From the NCBI RefSeq assembly GCF_018977255.1, contig NW_024704742.1, forward strand, positions 46,812,001 to 46,876,000: a DNA stretch of 64,000 nucleotides, read 5' to 3'. The notes under the pieces were generated by a model. The model was not told the origin of the DNA. It worked only from the letters and a program-made list of their open reading frames with translations, and made no database searches. This stretch comes from Callorhinchus milii. Lineage: Eukaryota. Shown piece after piece: positions 24,478-36,032 of the stretch; position 1 is the first letter of the stretch, and every line of letters starts with the position of its first letter. The translations under genes were made by a program, and so were the position numbers.

Positions 24478-26171
24478 CTGGTGACAATCTGCCTCGATGA
24501 CAGCACAAATCCAAGGACTAAAAATCAAGATGGTGGCTAGGAACCCCTCAGTGCTAATTGACAGGAGAGTGCGGTAGCTGGCAACAGTTAACAGTGAGAG
24601 GAGGTCTGACCAGGCGTAGAGAGGCATATGTCCATGGGGAGAAAATTAGAAAATAATTGGACGCACGGAATGTTTAAAGAAAAATAAAATAAAATATTGT
24701 TAACTCTCAAGCTTTTTGGACTCTTGTGTAAGGATCATTCCAAGAATGTTTTTAGGTTTGCAATATTTGTCATCCTGCATATCACTATCTGGTCTTATGT
24801 TATTTGACATGTTAAATTATAGGCGTGCCAGGATCATGGAGGATATTTCCTTCTTCATCTAGTCACTCCCCCCCAAGTTAGGTGCAATGGTTGTGCTCAG
24901 AAGCCAGTCGCATGTCAGACTGGTGGATCACAGCACTACACTGACAGCAGGATACTGGCTTAAATCTACAAAAGCATCTCCGACTAAAGCCTGTGTCCCA
25001 CTCGCTGTCAGCCCAGCAGCACGATCCATAAGCTGGAAGTCTAATGAATGCTGCAGCCAATTTGCAGGCACAACTACTGTAAAAATGACTTTGGGGGAGG
25101 CTGGTGTCTGTCTCCATCCAGCATATTCACCAAAAGTCGCTATTTTAAGACATTGAATGGTTGATCTTTACACAATGTGTTAATTAGCACATCACACATT
25201 GCCAATTTTCACCCCCCAAGAAAAATTATTAGCTCTACAAAAATCTTACAACTGAAACTGTTATCTTCAGAATGCTCCTGTAACACAATGTAATGCAAAT
25301 AGGTGATATGCACTTACTCAATTAAGTAGCAAGGGGAAAAAAAATTGGTGTTGCTTCAGGATGCATTATAATTAAGTTAAGACACTCATTTTACATTAGA
25401 AATTCTGTCAGGTATTAAAAGCATTGCCTCAGGTCTGGTCCCTCTGTGACTCATAGCTCTCATGGCTTGAAGACTTCGAAAGATAGAAAAATCTTAAATT
25501 AATTAGATTCACCCTTAATAATTGGTTAATTTGGTGTTTTAGTTCTCTGCCAGTAACCTTTTACTGCTGTGTTAAACAGATGTGTGAATGTGTGAATAAG
25601 AATGAATGCAGCATAAAGTATCCTTAATGTTTTAACCAGTTTGTCTGTTAATAATTGAGTGGTAAATTACCAACTGAATGCCTGGCCTAGTCATTTTTAA
25701 ATTATATTGCGTGATGTAGAGGTCTCTCTGATGCTCGTTTATCTGGGTTCTGTGCAGACTGAACCCTCGAGTCTGCAGACCACAGAGTGGAAGGTAAAGA
25801 CCACACACATATTGCCACTCAAGACAGTATGGTGGAAAGCATAAAGTTTGCATTCAAAGATAGTGAGAAGTCTCCCTATGGGCAATCAGTCCATGATTCT
25901 AATAGAAGAAGGCCTGAGAATAAAAGCCACTGTATTTGGAATAATGAAACCAACTGATATTACGTAACAATGATAAAGGTTGGATTCAATAATTCATTTC
26001 ACTGTAATTTTAACAGCTGCTTAAATGTCATGTGGGAGAAGTGACATTTTCGAGGAAATGAAATAAGAGGACAAATTTTGGAGGGTATGGGGAAAAAGCA
26101 GGAAATCAGATTTAGGATCAATACCTTCAATGGAAGAGCGGAGCGAGCACAGACACTAATACAATGAGTCA

Positions 26172-26318
26172 AATTCCTTCCCCCTCCTTCCCCCTAGCCC
26201 TCTATCCTCCCCGATCCCGACCCCCAGCTTGGGTCCAAAACCTTGATTGTCCAGGCGCCTTGGGACGTCCTCCCGACGTGAAAGGCGCGATACAAATGTA
26301 ATTTTGTTGTTATTGTTG
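26172..26318 (+). mobile_element. L2 3' end
   Basis: gcgccttgggacgtcctcccgacgtgaaaggcgc followed by a (gtt)n-like tail. Confidence 0.88.
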
Positions 26319-26473
26319 TCAAATGGTTTCCAACTGTGTCCTACATTTCTAAGATTCTGTGGTTCTATGCCTGATTTGGTGTAAAAATATAATAATAATA
26401 ATAATAATAATAATATGGTCAGATATGGCAAATAATTCTTTACATTTTTCCCTATGAGTGTACTAAATGTTAT

Positions 26474-26796
26474 AATAACAATTACTTTTGCAATCGGTTG
26501 TGTGCCTATTTTGTCGGGAATGTCTCAAGGTTTCCTTAAGGTGTAATGACTGTATATTTGTAGGCAAGCTAATTTTCATAGTGCAGTGTCCCACAAATAG
26601 CCATGGATTGAAAAAACAAATTAATGTGAAGGATTGTGGGCCAGGACACCAGACAGATGGAATCTCATCTTAACATGTCATCCACAAGGCTGGACAGCAC
26701 CTCTGACAGAGCAGAGCTTCAAATTCTGACATGGCGTTTGAACCTACAATCGTCTGACCCAGATGCAAAATTGCTACCAACTGAGCCAGGCTTTAC
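26474..26796 (-). mobile_element. Degenerate Deu SINE
   Basis: gtcccacaaatagcc...gggccaggacacc...gctaccaactgagccaggct. Confidence 0.75.
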
Positions 26797-27048
26797 ACTG
26801 GGCTGAAAATGTAATGCTGGTTGCTCAATAATTCAATTTTGCATTGAAATCCATTTCACCTTACCTTCAAAACTGATCCTAAAAGATAAAGAGATGGGGT
26901 TACTTGTAAGGTTTAATGTTTAAGCGCTCTGAGATGTGAGAAGGTAATAGAGTGGTGTAGAAATACAAAGGGTGAATGCCCATGTGTAGTATAAACAGTG
27001 GCATGGACTAGTTGGGCCAAATGTTTATGTGCTGTATTATTATATGTT

Positions 27049-27509
27049 TGTCAGTCTTGCTCAGTTGGTAGTTCTCTCACCTCTGAGTCAGAAAATTGTG
27101 GGTTATTCTTTTCACAACTGTTTGTGGGACATTGTCAAACATTGACAAATTGGTTTGATAATGTTTGACATAGTAGTTTGACAATGTCCCAAAAAACAGT
27201 AGTAAAATGAATAACCATTTCCTTCTGGTGGAATTGTGGGCCAGGACACCAGGAGAAACGCCCTTCTCTTTTCAGATAGTGCTATGGGATCTTTAATGTC
27301 TACCTGAACAGGCAGAAGGGACCTTGGTTTAACGTATCATCCAAAGGTCAGCACTCCAACAAAGCAGCGCTCCTCCACCATTGTATTGATGCATCAGCCT
27401 AGACTAAAGGAGTTCAAAGCCCTGACATGGGATTATATCCCACAACCATCTGACTCAGAGGTGAGAATGGTGCCGACAGATCCAGGCTAACACACGAGCC
27501 AGGCTAACA
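27049..27509. mobile_element. Fold-back Deu SINE structure (plus-strand internally deleted copy 27049-27140; minus-strand copy 27176-27509)
   Basis: SINE heads at both outer ends; 27101-27140 is the reverse complement of 27176-27216; inner hairpin 27133-27170. Confidence 0.85.
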
Positions 27510-28470
27510 GACATATAACATTGTCTATGCTTTATTCTGGAAGTCATGTTTTACAATGTGTTTTGAATTTTGATGAAATATTTAACCAGAATAAAAATCT
27601 TAGACTGCAAGAAACTGAATTGTTAGACTCCGGTCTCCACTTTGTTGATTTATTGGTGCCTTATTAATTTGCCTTCATTAATGTACGGTCATGCTCACTT
27701 AAAGGTTATTCTGTTCAACAATACAATTGATTTTAGTGAGCTGAGAGTGGGAAAACAAAAGAAACGTGAATATGAAATGTTTAAATTTTTATGTGTGTCT
27801 TAACATAAATGTTTTTAATTACGAGCATAAAATTTTAAAGTTATTTGAATTTATTGTTTTCAGAAACATCTTGAAAAATACAAATATAACATTCCTGGGT
27901 GACTTTCTTAAACTTTCATCAGAATTGAATTATATTGCACATGATCTATAATGATCTCATTCTCCTGTCAGGCTTGTGATGTGAATCATTCCCTTTCTAA
28001 TTTGGCTTCCCTCCACAGCCCATGATTTGCCTGAAGCTCATACAGTGTGCAATCTGCCTACTTCTGCTTAACTTCTGTGTGAGAGACTTCGACAGTGGAA
28101 GAATATCTACGAGTTATTGTAAAAATAGTCTAGAGATGATCTAACAATTAAAACACAGTCAGGAATTTACATTAATGACTAGAGGCAAAGGTTTTTCACA
28201 TCATGACAGCTGACTGATTGAATAATTTATTTTTGTGTCTGAAGATTTGCAGCATGCCTGTAGGACAAACTCAAAATGGAGATGAGAAGCAATAAATTCT
28301 CCTACAAAGAAGATGAAATCCTTTTGCTCCCACTATTGCAGTGGTTTCAAACGAACAAGTATTATTTTAGCCTGAGTTCTTGCTTCCTACTGGAACTTCA
28401 ATGACGCTTATGATTTTTTTTGTCTTTTTCCAAGATCTGATTCCATTTTACAAAAAGAAGAAAATGGAAA

Positions 28471-28781
28471 TCATAAGATACACAAGATCTTATGATTGAT
28501 TCGGATGAGGAAGGCCTCTTGGCCCATTTGATCTCATTCTTCCACCCTACCATCCTTCCAGCATTGCATCAAGTTGTTTATTTAAAACAGCTTGACGTTG
28601 TGGTGGAAGGATGGTGGGAGGAAGGATGAGATCAAAATGTCCTGGCCTCAAACACCTTCTCTGGCAACCTGTTCCAGTTGTTAATTACTCTCTGAGTAAA
28701 GAAAAACTTCCTGGTGTTTGTCCTGAAATTTCCTGTTCCTACTCAAAACTATGTCCCCTTGTTCTACTGTCTTGTTCATCT
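28471..28781 (-). mobile_element. Old CR1-family 3' fragment with an internal inverted duplication
   Basis: Antisense of the 10428/38379 family; hairpin at 28525-28639. Confidence 0.85.
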
Positions 28782-29166
28782 GGAGTCCTATAGCTCAGTG
28801 GTTAGAGCACTCGCCTCGCAAGCGAGACACCTTGGTTCAATTCCTAACAGGGCAAAATGTTGGGCAAGTTTCCTTACTCCACAGGTTTCTGTTTACCTAG
28901 CAGTAAATAGGAGCTCAGTTGTTAGTCGATTGGCAGATCGCTTTTCCAGGGGTAATAAGTCCTTCAAAAAAATAATAATAATCAATTGGTCACTTCAATC
29001 CACGATTGTTTGGGGGACACCCCTGTGCACAATTGGCTGCCGGATTTCGCCCACAAAATATAGAATCAATTCACTTTACAGTATATTCTGAGAAGCGCTT
29101 TGAGATGTCTCAAAAACTTGATAAGGCGCTATATCAAATGCTAGAGTTATTAAGGATTATGATTAT
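28782..29166 (+). mobile_element. CmiSINE-like long variant, full length (tRNA-Ala head, CORE-like domain, Deu 3' part, L2 tail)
   Basis: ggagtcctatagctcagtggttagagcactcgcctcgcaagcgag (CGC anticodon loop) followed by ttgggcaagtttccttactcc...ctgtttacctagcagtaaatagg, which resembles the MIR CORE. Confidence 0.93.
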
Positions 29167-29280
29167 CTGAAATAATCTATCTAATCGTCTCTCGGAGCTC
29201 ATTCCTCTAAAAACGGTTGGTGTTTCAGAAGTATGCTATTCAGCTTGTCAAACTTATACACCATGTTATTGCAGATAGCT

Positions 29281-29583
29281 TAATAATAATAATCCTTGCA
29301 TTTGATATAGCGCTTTTCACGTCGGGAGGACGTCCCAAAGCGCTTCACAGAACACACTATAAAGTGAATTGACTGTATATTTGTGGGCGAACGCGGCAGC
29401 CAATTGCGCACAGCAATGTCCCACAAACCGTCGTAGATTGAAAATGACCAATTTATTATTGTTTTTTATTTTGGAGGGATTATTATTAAGCGTGTGGAGT
29501 AAGGAAACTTGGCCTGCCTGGAATTGAACTCAGGTCTCTCACTTGCAAAGCGAGTGCTCTAACCATTGAGCTACAGGACTCCA
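29281..29583 (-). mobile_element. CmiSINE-like short variant, young
   Basis: Near-identical to 38957-39262 and 60946-61276 apart from a short deletion. Confidence 0.95.
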
Positions 29584-29815
29584 TTTTGTTCCCAAAACAG
29601 CCAAGGAATGAGTGACCAATTTTATTTTGGGGATTTGTTCGCCAGAGAAACTCTTTTGAATAGTGTCATGGAATCTTTAACATCCACCTGAACAAGCAGA
29701 TGAGATCTCAGTTTAAAATCTCATCTGAAGGATGGCACCTCTGACAATGCAACACCCTCCCAGCACCTCATTGAAGTGTCAGCCTAAATTATGTGATTCC
29801 AAGTCTCGATGTGGG
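29584..29815 (-). mobile_element. Deu SINE core fragment
   Basis: ggaatctttaacatccacctgaacaagcaga...ctcatctgaaggatggcacctctgacaatgca. Confidence 0.85.
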
Positions 29816-30898
29816 AAATGAGAACCAAATACCAAAATGTGCTTTAGGCCAGCAGGTAACTAACTAATTTATATTTAAAGTAAAAGGACATAAGTCAAGC
29901 AGGAGAGGAAAATTCAGCCTGGCAATAATATATTAGTCTGCATGACATTAAATCCACCTACATTCGGGAAAAGCACCATTTTATGATGATTTATTATAGC
30001 TCAATATGCAATTAATCATTTCACAAATTAATTGAATACTCAATTACTAAACTAATTGATTGTCACAATTCTCCAATGCAGTCAAAATTCTTACAACTGT
30101 CCTGTGTTCACAGTCTGTACTCTCTTTGAGCTTCAGGCAAAGCTGGGCTGTAAAAGAGAAGTCAATGTAGAATGGGAAGGACTCTCATCGCAGTCCTGCC
30201 AGTGCAATGAGATCATTAGAGATGACGTTGAATATAATTAAACTTTTATGAAAACTTAAATAACCCACCAGGAATTGTTATACTTGGATCAGGATTATAT
30301 TTAAATAGAGATTTCTATGTGATGGGTGTTAACATATACTATGCAGATGTTGCATTTAACTCACTGATGGTTTGTTATGCATTATCAACCTAACAATCCA
30401 CTGGTCTGATAACTATCAGATACCTAAATGTCAGTCTGGCTCAGTTGATAACATTCACAACTCTGAGTGGGTTCAAGAGGCTGTGGGTTCAAGCCTCATG
30501 TTAGTTCTCGCTCCCTCCCACATCTCATTCAAATCTGCCTCAAGATGTATGATTTGATCGCATTTTTGGTCATCTTTCCCTTCTCCATCCACCCCCTTCG
30601 GTTCTCACCCCCAGTTGCCCAGCCAATACGTTTAAACATATCCATCTTGTTGAACAAATCTGAACAACTTCATTTGAGAAACTTTTTTTTAACAACTCGT
30701 AAATCCATAATTTTTTAGATGAGTCAACGTTTGGCCAGTTTCAGTCTAATCTGATCAACTCTTGGGCCTAAAGCCACATTCACTCTGGTCATTTATATCT
30801 TACCAGCCCTCAACAATAGAGGCTTTTATAAAATTGTAAATCCTCCAACTTTCAGATAAGATATCTGGTTGGGCAATCAATTAATCTATTGACTATTG

Positions 30899-31132
30899 AA
30901 GTGGATGACACCCAACTCTATCTCCTTGCTCCACTCTCGATTCTAGGATCATTGCTGTCCTGATGGATTGTCTGTCAGACATCACGTCCTGGATGAAAGC
31001 TAGTTTTCTCTAGTTGAATACCAACAAGATCCAACCCCCGGCACATGTCCAAATCCCTGAATGTCCAGCGCCTTGGGACGTTCCCCTGATGTGAAAGGTG
31101 CTCTACAAATGTAGTTAGTTGTTGTTCTTGTT
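30899..31132 (+). mobile_element. L2 fragment: RT motif region joined directly to a 3' end
   Basis: gtggatgacacccaactctatctc (VDDTQLYL) and DCLSDITSWMK, then the tail gcgccttgggacgttcc...gttgttgtt. Either an internal deletion or two abutting fragments. Confidence 0.85.
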
Positions 31133-34100
31133 CGAGTGACTAAACAAAGTATAGAAAAAAATATTGCTGGGAAGTTGTTTCTTAAAGCTTTGAAAAGGGC
31201 TTCCCATATTGGTAACGAGATCTGGATTAGAGTGACATAAAGTGGAAAAAGTAAAAATCCATCCCACTTCACTAAATACAGTATAGCAGTGAATCTGAAG
31301 AATTATTAGCCCAAGAATTGCTAGTGAGATACTGAAGTAGGATTAGTTACATAATAGATGTAACAGTAAAAGTAGCTCTCACTGGAGTACAGACAGAGCT
31401 GAAAGGCAGTTCTTAGACAAACTCGTTTCTATTTAAGAAGATAACACAACAATTTATTTTCAATTCTGTCACATAACATCTACTTCTATTAGCAAAATGC
31501 CAGGAATAACATTTTTTAGCAAAAAAAATTGTTTACACGTTAAACATTAATGTACTAAAACTCATCTTGGATATAAGGACTAAAAAAAACTGAAAGGCCT
31601 GGATTATTTTTTAAAAAATAATCTTGTGAGACTAATAGGGTTGATTGCTGAGTATCCAACATAAAAATGGTTATGATGTCAGTTTTACAGTTTAAGTTTC
31701 TACAATTTGGATCACATCAATTTCATGATCAGAAACCTTCCCCGTGTAGATTTTGTCATGTAAAATGATAAAACTCCTTTAATTATCCCTTGGGCCTGAA
31801 CCTATCCTCATCTGCAGTAACGAGAAATGCTGCCACGCAAGACTTGTTAAACAATTATCTACATCGTGGAGCAGCTCTGAAGTAATTTTGAATTTGAATT
31901 AAGAATTACCAAGAGAATTGCTAAGAGACTGTCAATCTCGGAACTAAGAAGTCAACTGGTGGGAAAAAGGTCCCAGAATAATTTTCAATGATAATTTCCA
32001 GCTTTAAAAAAATGTTGACATTCAGTCAGTTTGAAGTCGGTTATAATACTTGATAGAGTTTTCTAAAGGTGCTCATGAAAGCACGTGTCTTTGAAGTAGC
32101 TGAGTAGAAGCAGCTACACAAAAGAGAAGCAATTATCAATATTCACAGCTTCCACAGACGGGAAATGTCACTTTTTTTTAGATTAAGTGCATAATCCCTG
32201 AATTAAATGAAATGAAATATGAGAAGTTTCCTGGTATATCACTGTCATTTCTCAGTGTTATTTGGTATCTGCCATAAAAGAATGTGACAGATCTCAACTG
32301 AAGATGAAAGCACTGGGTTACTTCACAGCACCTCACCACACTGCAAGCTGTCCATACCAGAGGCTATTTAATGACAAAAATAACTTTTTAAAGCTATAAG
32401 AAGAACACATAACCAATGAAAGGAGTTGCAAAAAATACAGTTAATTACATTTAAATACACTACACATTTTTGGCAATGAACAACATACAATTCACCACAA
32501 AACACAGTCACTGCACTTTACAGTATTGTATATCCTTTGGGGCAATAAGCCATACCTGATGTAAGGATTGTTATATAATGTGAGTTTGACTTGTCCGTTC
32601 ATTTCTCGGAGATCTCTAAGCTGCTCAGAATGGAACTGCAAGTAGAAGAAACTCAGTGGTGGAAACTTAAAAAGATTGAACTTCAGAGTCGAAGCAAACT
32701 TCACTTAGGGGAGTGCATGATGTTGTTCTGACTATTCCAGCATGTGAACTGCGCAGTGGCTCAGCCGATTGTCAACATCCTTAACCTGGAGGAGAGAGCC
32801 GGTCAGTGTTGGTACACTAATCAGAGAGCCAATGTGCTCTGTCACAATTGTCACTCACTTGAACACTCATATGCCTTGGTTAGTATCCAACCTGTGAAGC
32901 TGACTAGATAGCATTTCTTATTTCTCTCAAATTTAAATTACGCCAGTCATTCTCTGCATCCACTAACACCCTTAGAACATGAAGGTGATACATGACCACC
33001 TCTTGTTGGGTATATGTATTTCTACATACCGGGCTAAGCAATTATTTTGCTCTGTGAAGATTCCCGAACTTCCAAATTGAGACTAAATTTAAGAATCTTC
33101 CACAATTCAGCGCAATCTTTAGTTTTAAGACAAATTAATCTCACAAACTAAAACTAGGTGGAATTTCAGGCTTCCAATCTCTTACTTTAGGATCTTCACC
33201 AGAAAGATCTCTGAGTATCAGAGCATCGAACATCAGCTTGAATACTGATATAAAAATATCTGGCACCTAGTACCTCAGCTGCTCTAAAGTCTACTCTAAT
33301 TGTTTTACTGGACATTCCTTGTTATTTTCCAGCCTAGATATCATCAGCTCCCGAAGAGCGGTCTAGAAAGGTCAAGTGGCCCATTAAAGTAATTAGTTTT
33401 GCATGATTCCAACTTGCATTTGATTAGATTACTACAATTACAATCAGCACGTTTCCTGCACAAACATTGCTTACCCACCAAAAGGAAAATACAGACCCAT
33501 ACTGCTCTCTCGGGAGATAAGAGATCAGAATCTGTGCTCTAGATTTCAAGCTCATTAATAATAAAAATTCCAGATCCCAAATTAAAATTCAGAATGACAA
33601 CTACATTCCTGCCGGATCAAAGTCTGGATGTTTTATATCTATTTCTGGATGTTTTATATCTATTCTCTTGCGTTTTTCACTGTTTGTTCCTCAGTCTTGG
33701 GTTATCATGGTTTTATGCTGTCTGTTTAAATAGCTGGCGGAATGATTGCATCAATGCATTCTGATTCCCAAAGGCAATCAAGTGAAATTGCCCAATCTCG
33801 CTCCAGTGCCACACTCCGCTCTTCAACATTCGCTGGATGCTCTCCACAGATGATACCCTTCCTCTCGCCTCACAGTACACTTGTATAGGATTTGTAGAGA
33901 GATACTTTGATCATCTCACTTATCAGGCACTTATAGATAAAGATAAAAATCAAGATAATGAAAAGTTGCATTTGTGGTGATATATTTAAGAACTGTGTTA
34001 TTTCTGATGACAAATAGGTCAATTATTGGAACGATTGTTAACTCATTTGAAAGCCAATTCAAAATGCACTTTATTGCCACAACTCTCCAACAGTGTTGGA

Positions 34101-34797
34101 GAACGTGTGTCCTCATGATGTACAGTCCAGTTCAGAGGTGTAAATGCTGCTCCTTGTCTGTCAAAACACTGTGCAGGGAGAACGAAGAGGCTGGCTACAA
34201 ACTCCACAGTTTCTATTCTGGTTGTGGAATCCCATTGGAAAGGATGTGATTTATTTCTGGCTGATCCCTGTGGCACTTGATGTTGCTTGGATCATTCTGG
34301 TTTAAAGTTGCCTCTAGGAACCCACCCAACCCCACTGCAACCATTGCCATGCCTGAAGTGAGGCCACGTGTGGAGATTTGGGAATGTGTTGCCAGTTTTC
34401 CTGAGAACTCATTGCTGGAGCCTCCAGCTGCATTTCCAGATGCTAAAAAGGTGTGTAAATGTGGTGGAAAGAACGATCAGAAAAATCATTAACTTCTCTG
34501 CCAATGGTGTAGAAAATGTGATGTTTATTGAACATGTTCTGGAATCTGTTATGAAGCATCGTATTTTCCACCTGACAACTTTTGAAAAGAAACCTGGTTT
34601 CAGCGAACACAAAACGTCAATTATTTTCACCTGGACTGGATTTTGTTTCAAAGTAAATATGATAAAATCTCTCACAGATAACTAGTATATCATGCCGCAT
34701 AGCTCTGTTAGTTGATAAGATTACCCTCCACCATCGGCTGCTGTGCCTTCAGCCACTAACCCCCGAGACTTATGTGTTTTCTTTTAGTCTTTTAATC

Positions 34798-34912
34798 AAT
34801 AATAGTAATAATACTCCTTGCATTTGATATAGCGCCTTATCATGTCTTCGAGATGGCTCAAAGCGCTTCACAGAATACACTGTAAAGTGTATTGACTGTT
34901 CATTTTGTGGAC
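34798..34912 (-). mobile_element. 5'-truncated SINE tail
   Basis: ccttgcatttgatatagcgccttatc...aaagcgcttcacagaatacactgtaaagtg. Confidence 0.85.
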
Positions 34913-35589
34913 GATTATTATTTTTTCCAAGGCAAAATTTGTAATGACAGTGTCAGTTCACGCCTGTGTCTGAATTGACAAAGTATGAGTGCTGTTCCCC
35001 AGAGATCCTCTGACTTTCGCTCCTAGTGTTGACATGCATATCATGGCTACCAACCATGTCCCGCAAGCAGTGGGAAGCGTACCAGACAGCATTCACAATA
35101 GCAAGCTATAGATTTTAAATGGTTAAAATCTAACAGGACACAATGCACATTCTTAGATTTGACTTTTGCCAAGAACCTGTGTTTAATATTTTCCGGAATT
35201 AGGTAAACCGGGTGTATCCCTCCAAGGCTCAATTTGTAACACTCTCACCTCTGAGTCAAATGCTAGGATTATTATAAGGTTGTAAGTTCCAGCCGTGCAT
35301 TTATAATTATAAAATATTATCGGCAATTTAACAGCACTGAAGAGGAAACTAAATTAAGTTGCTCCCTCTACTTTTGTGGGAAAAGATGCTGTGATAAACA
35401 GCCTCAGGCAGCACTGGAATATTAAAGACAAGTTGATGTGGGCAATGCTGCAGGGGCTGAGTCTGTATTGACTGTATTGTCATTAATTATCGAACAGTTC
35501 AAAATTTGCTGCATTTCATAATGCGTTACGTATATCAATCAACACAAGTAACGCTATGAAATGTAACAAAGTATGGCCCTATACTGTGC

Positions 35590-35700
35590 TTTTTTTTGGT
35601 AAGTCAGGTGTCTGACACAGGCAGAAACCTATCACCATGATTAACAGTATTCAAACCAGACTCATAACTTCACAAATGCACATCAGCTACAAATGAAAAT
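35590..35700 (+). repeat. Unclassified dispersed repeat, copy 2 of 3
   Basis: ggtgtctgacacaggcagaaacctatcaccatgattaacagta matches 62397-62503. Confidence 0.75.
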
Positions 35701-36032
35701 GTTCTCTCCTCTCTTCCTTTCTTCACTCTCTCCTTGGAAAATCTGCCAAGCAACAACACTTTTTTTATCACAAAGTGGGGAGATAAATTTCTAATGAGTC
35801 TAGCCTGACATATTGGCAATGCACAACTTTTTGGCTCAAATTACAGATAACTGTACTTCACTCACAGGATAAATACATCAACATGATACAAATGCTGATT
35901 CAGCTGCACCATTCCAGTAAACCGAGGTCTGGAGCAGATTGTACAAGAACAGATCCATTAAGAACATCTATCCTTATTTCTTTCAGAACCATACTTTAGA
36001 ACACACCAAGAACCACAGGACAGTAGAACAAG

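Noticed and set aside
28782..28855. tRNA-Ala-like sequence (also at 24139, 29583, 39262, 41901, 58258 and 61276)
   Set aside because: These are SINE heads. The acceptor stem does not pair and each runs into a SINE body, so they are not tRNA genes.
33623..33664. 21-bp perfect tandem duplication (similar small ones at 16441-16492 and 39630-39668)
   Set aside because: Two-unit slippage duplications without spacer arrays. They are not CRISPR-like and are common.
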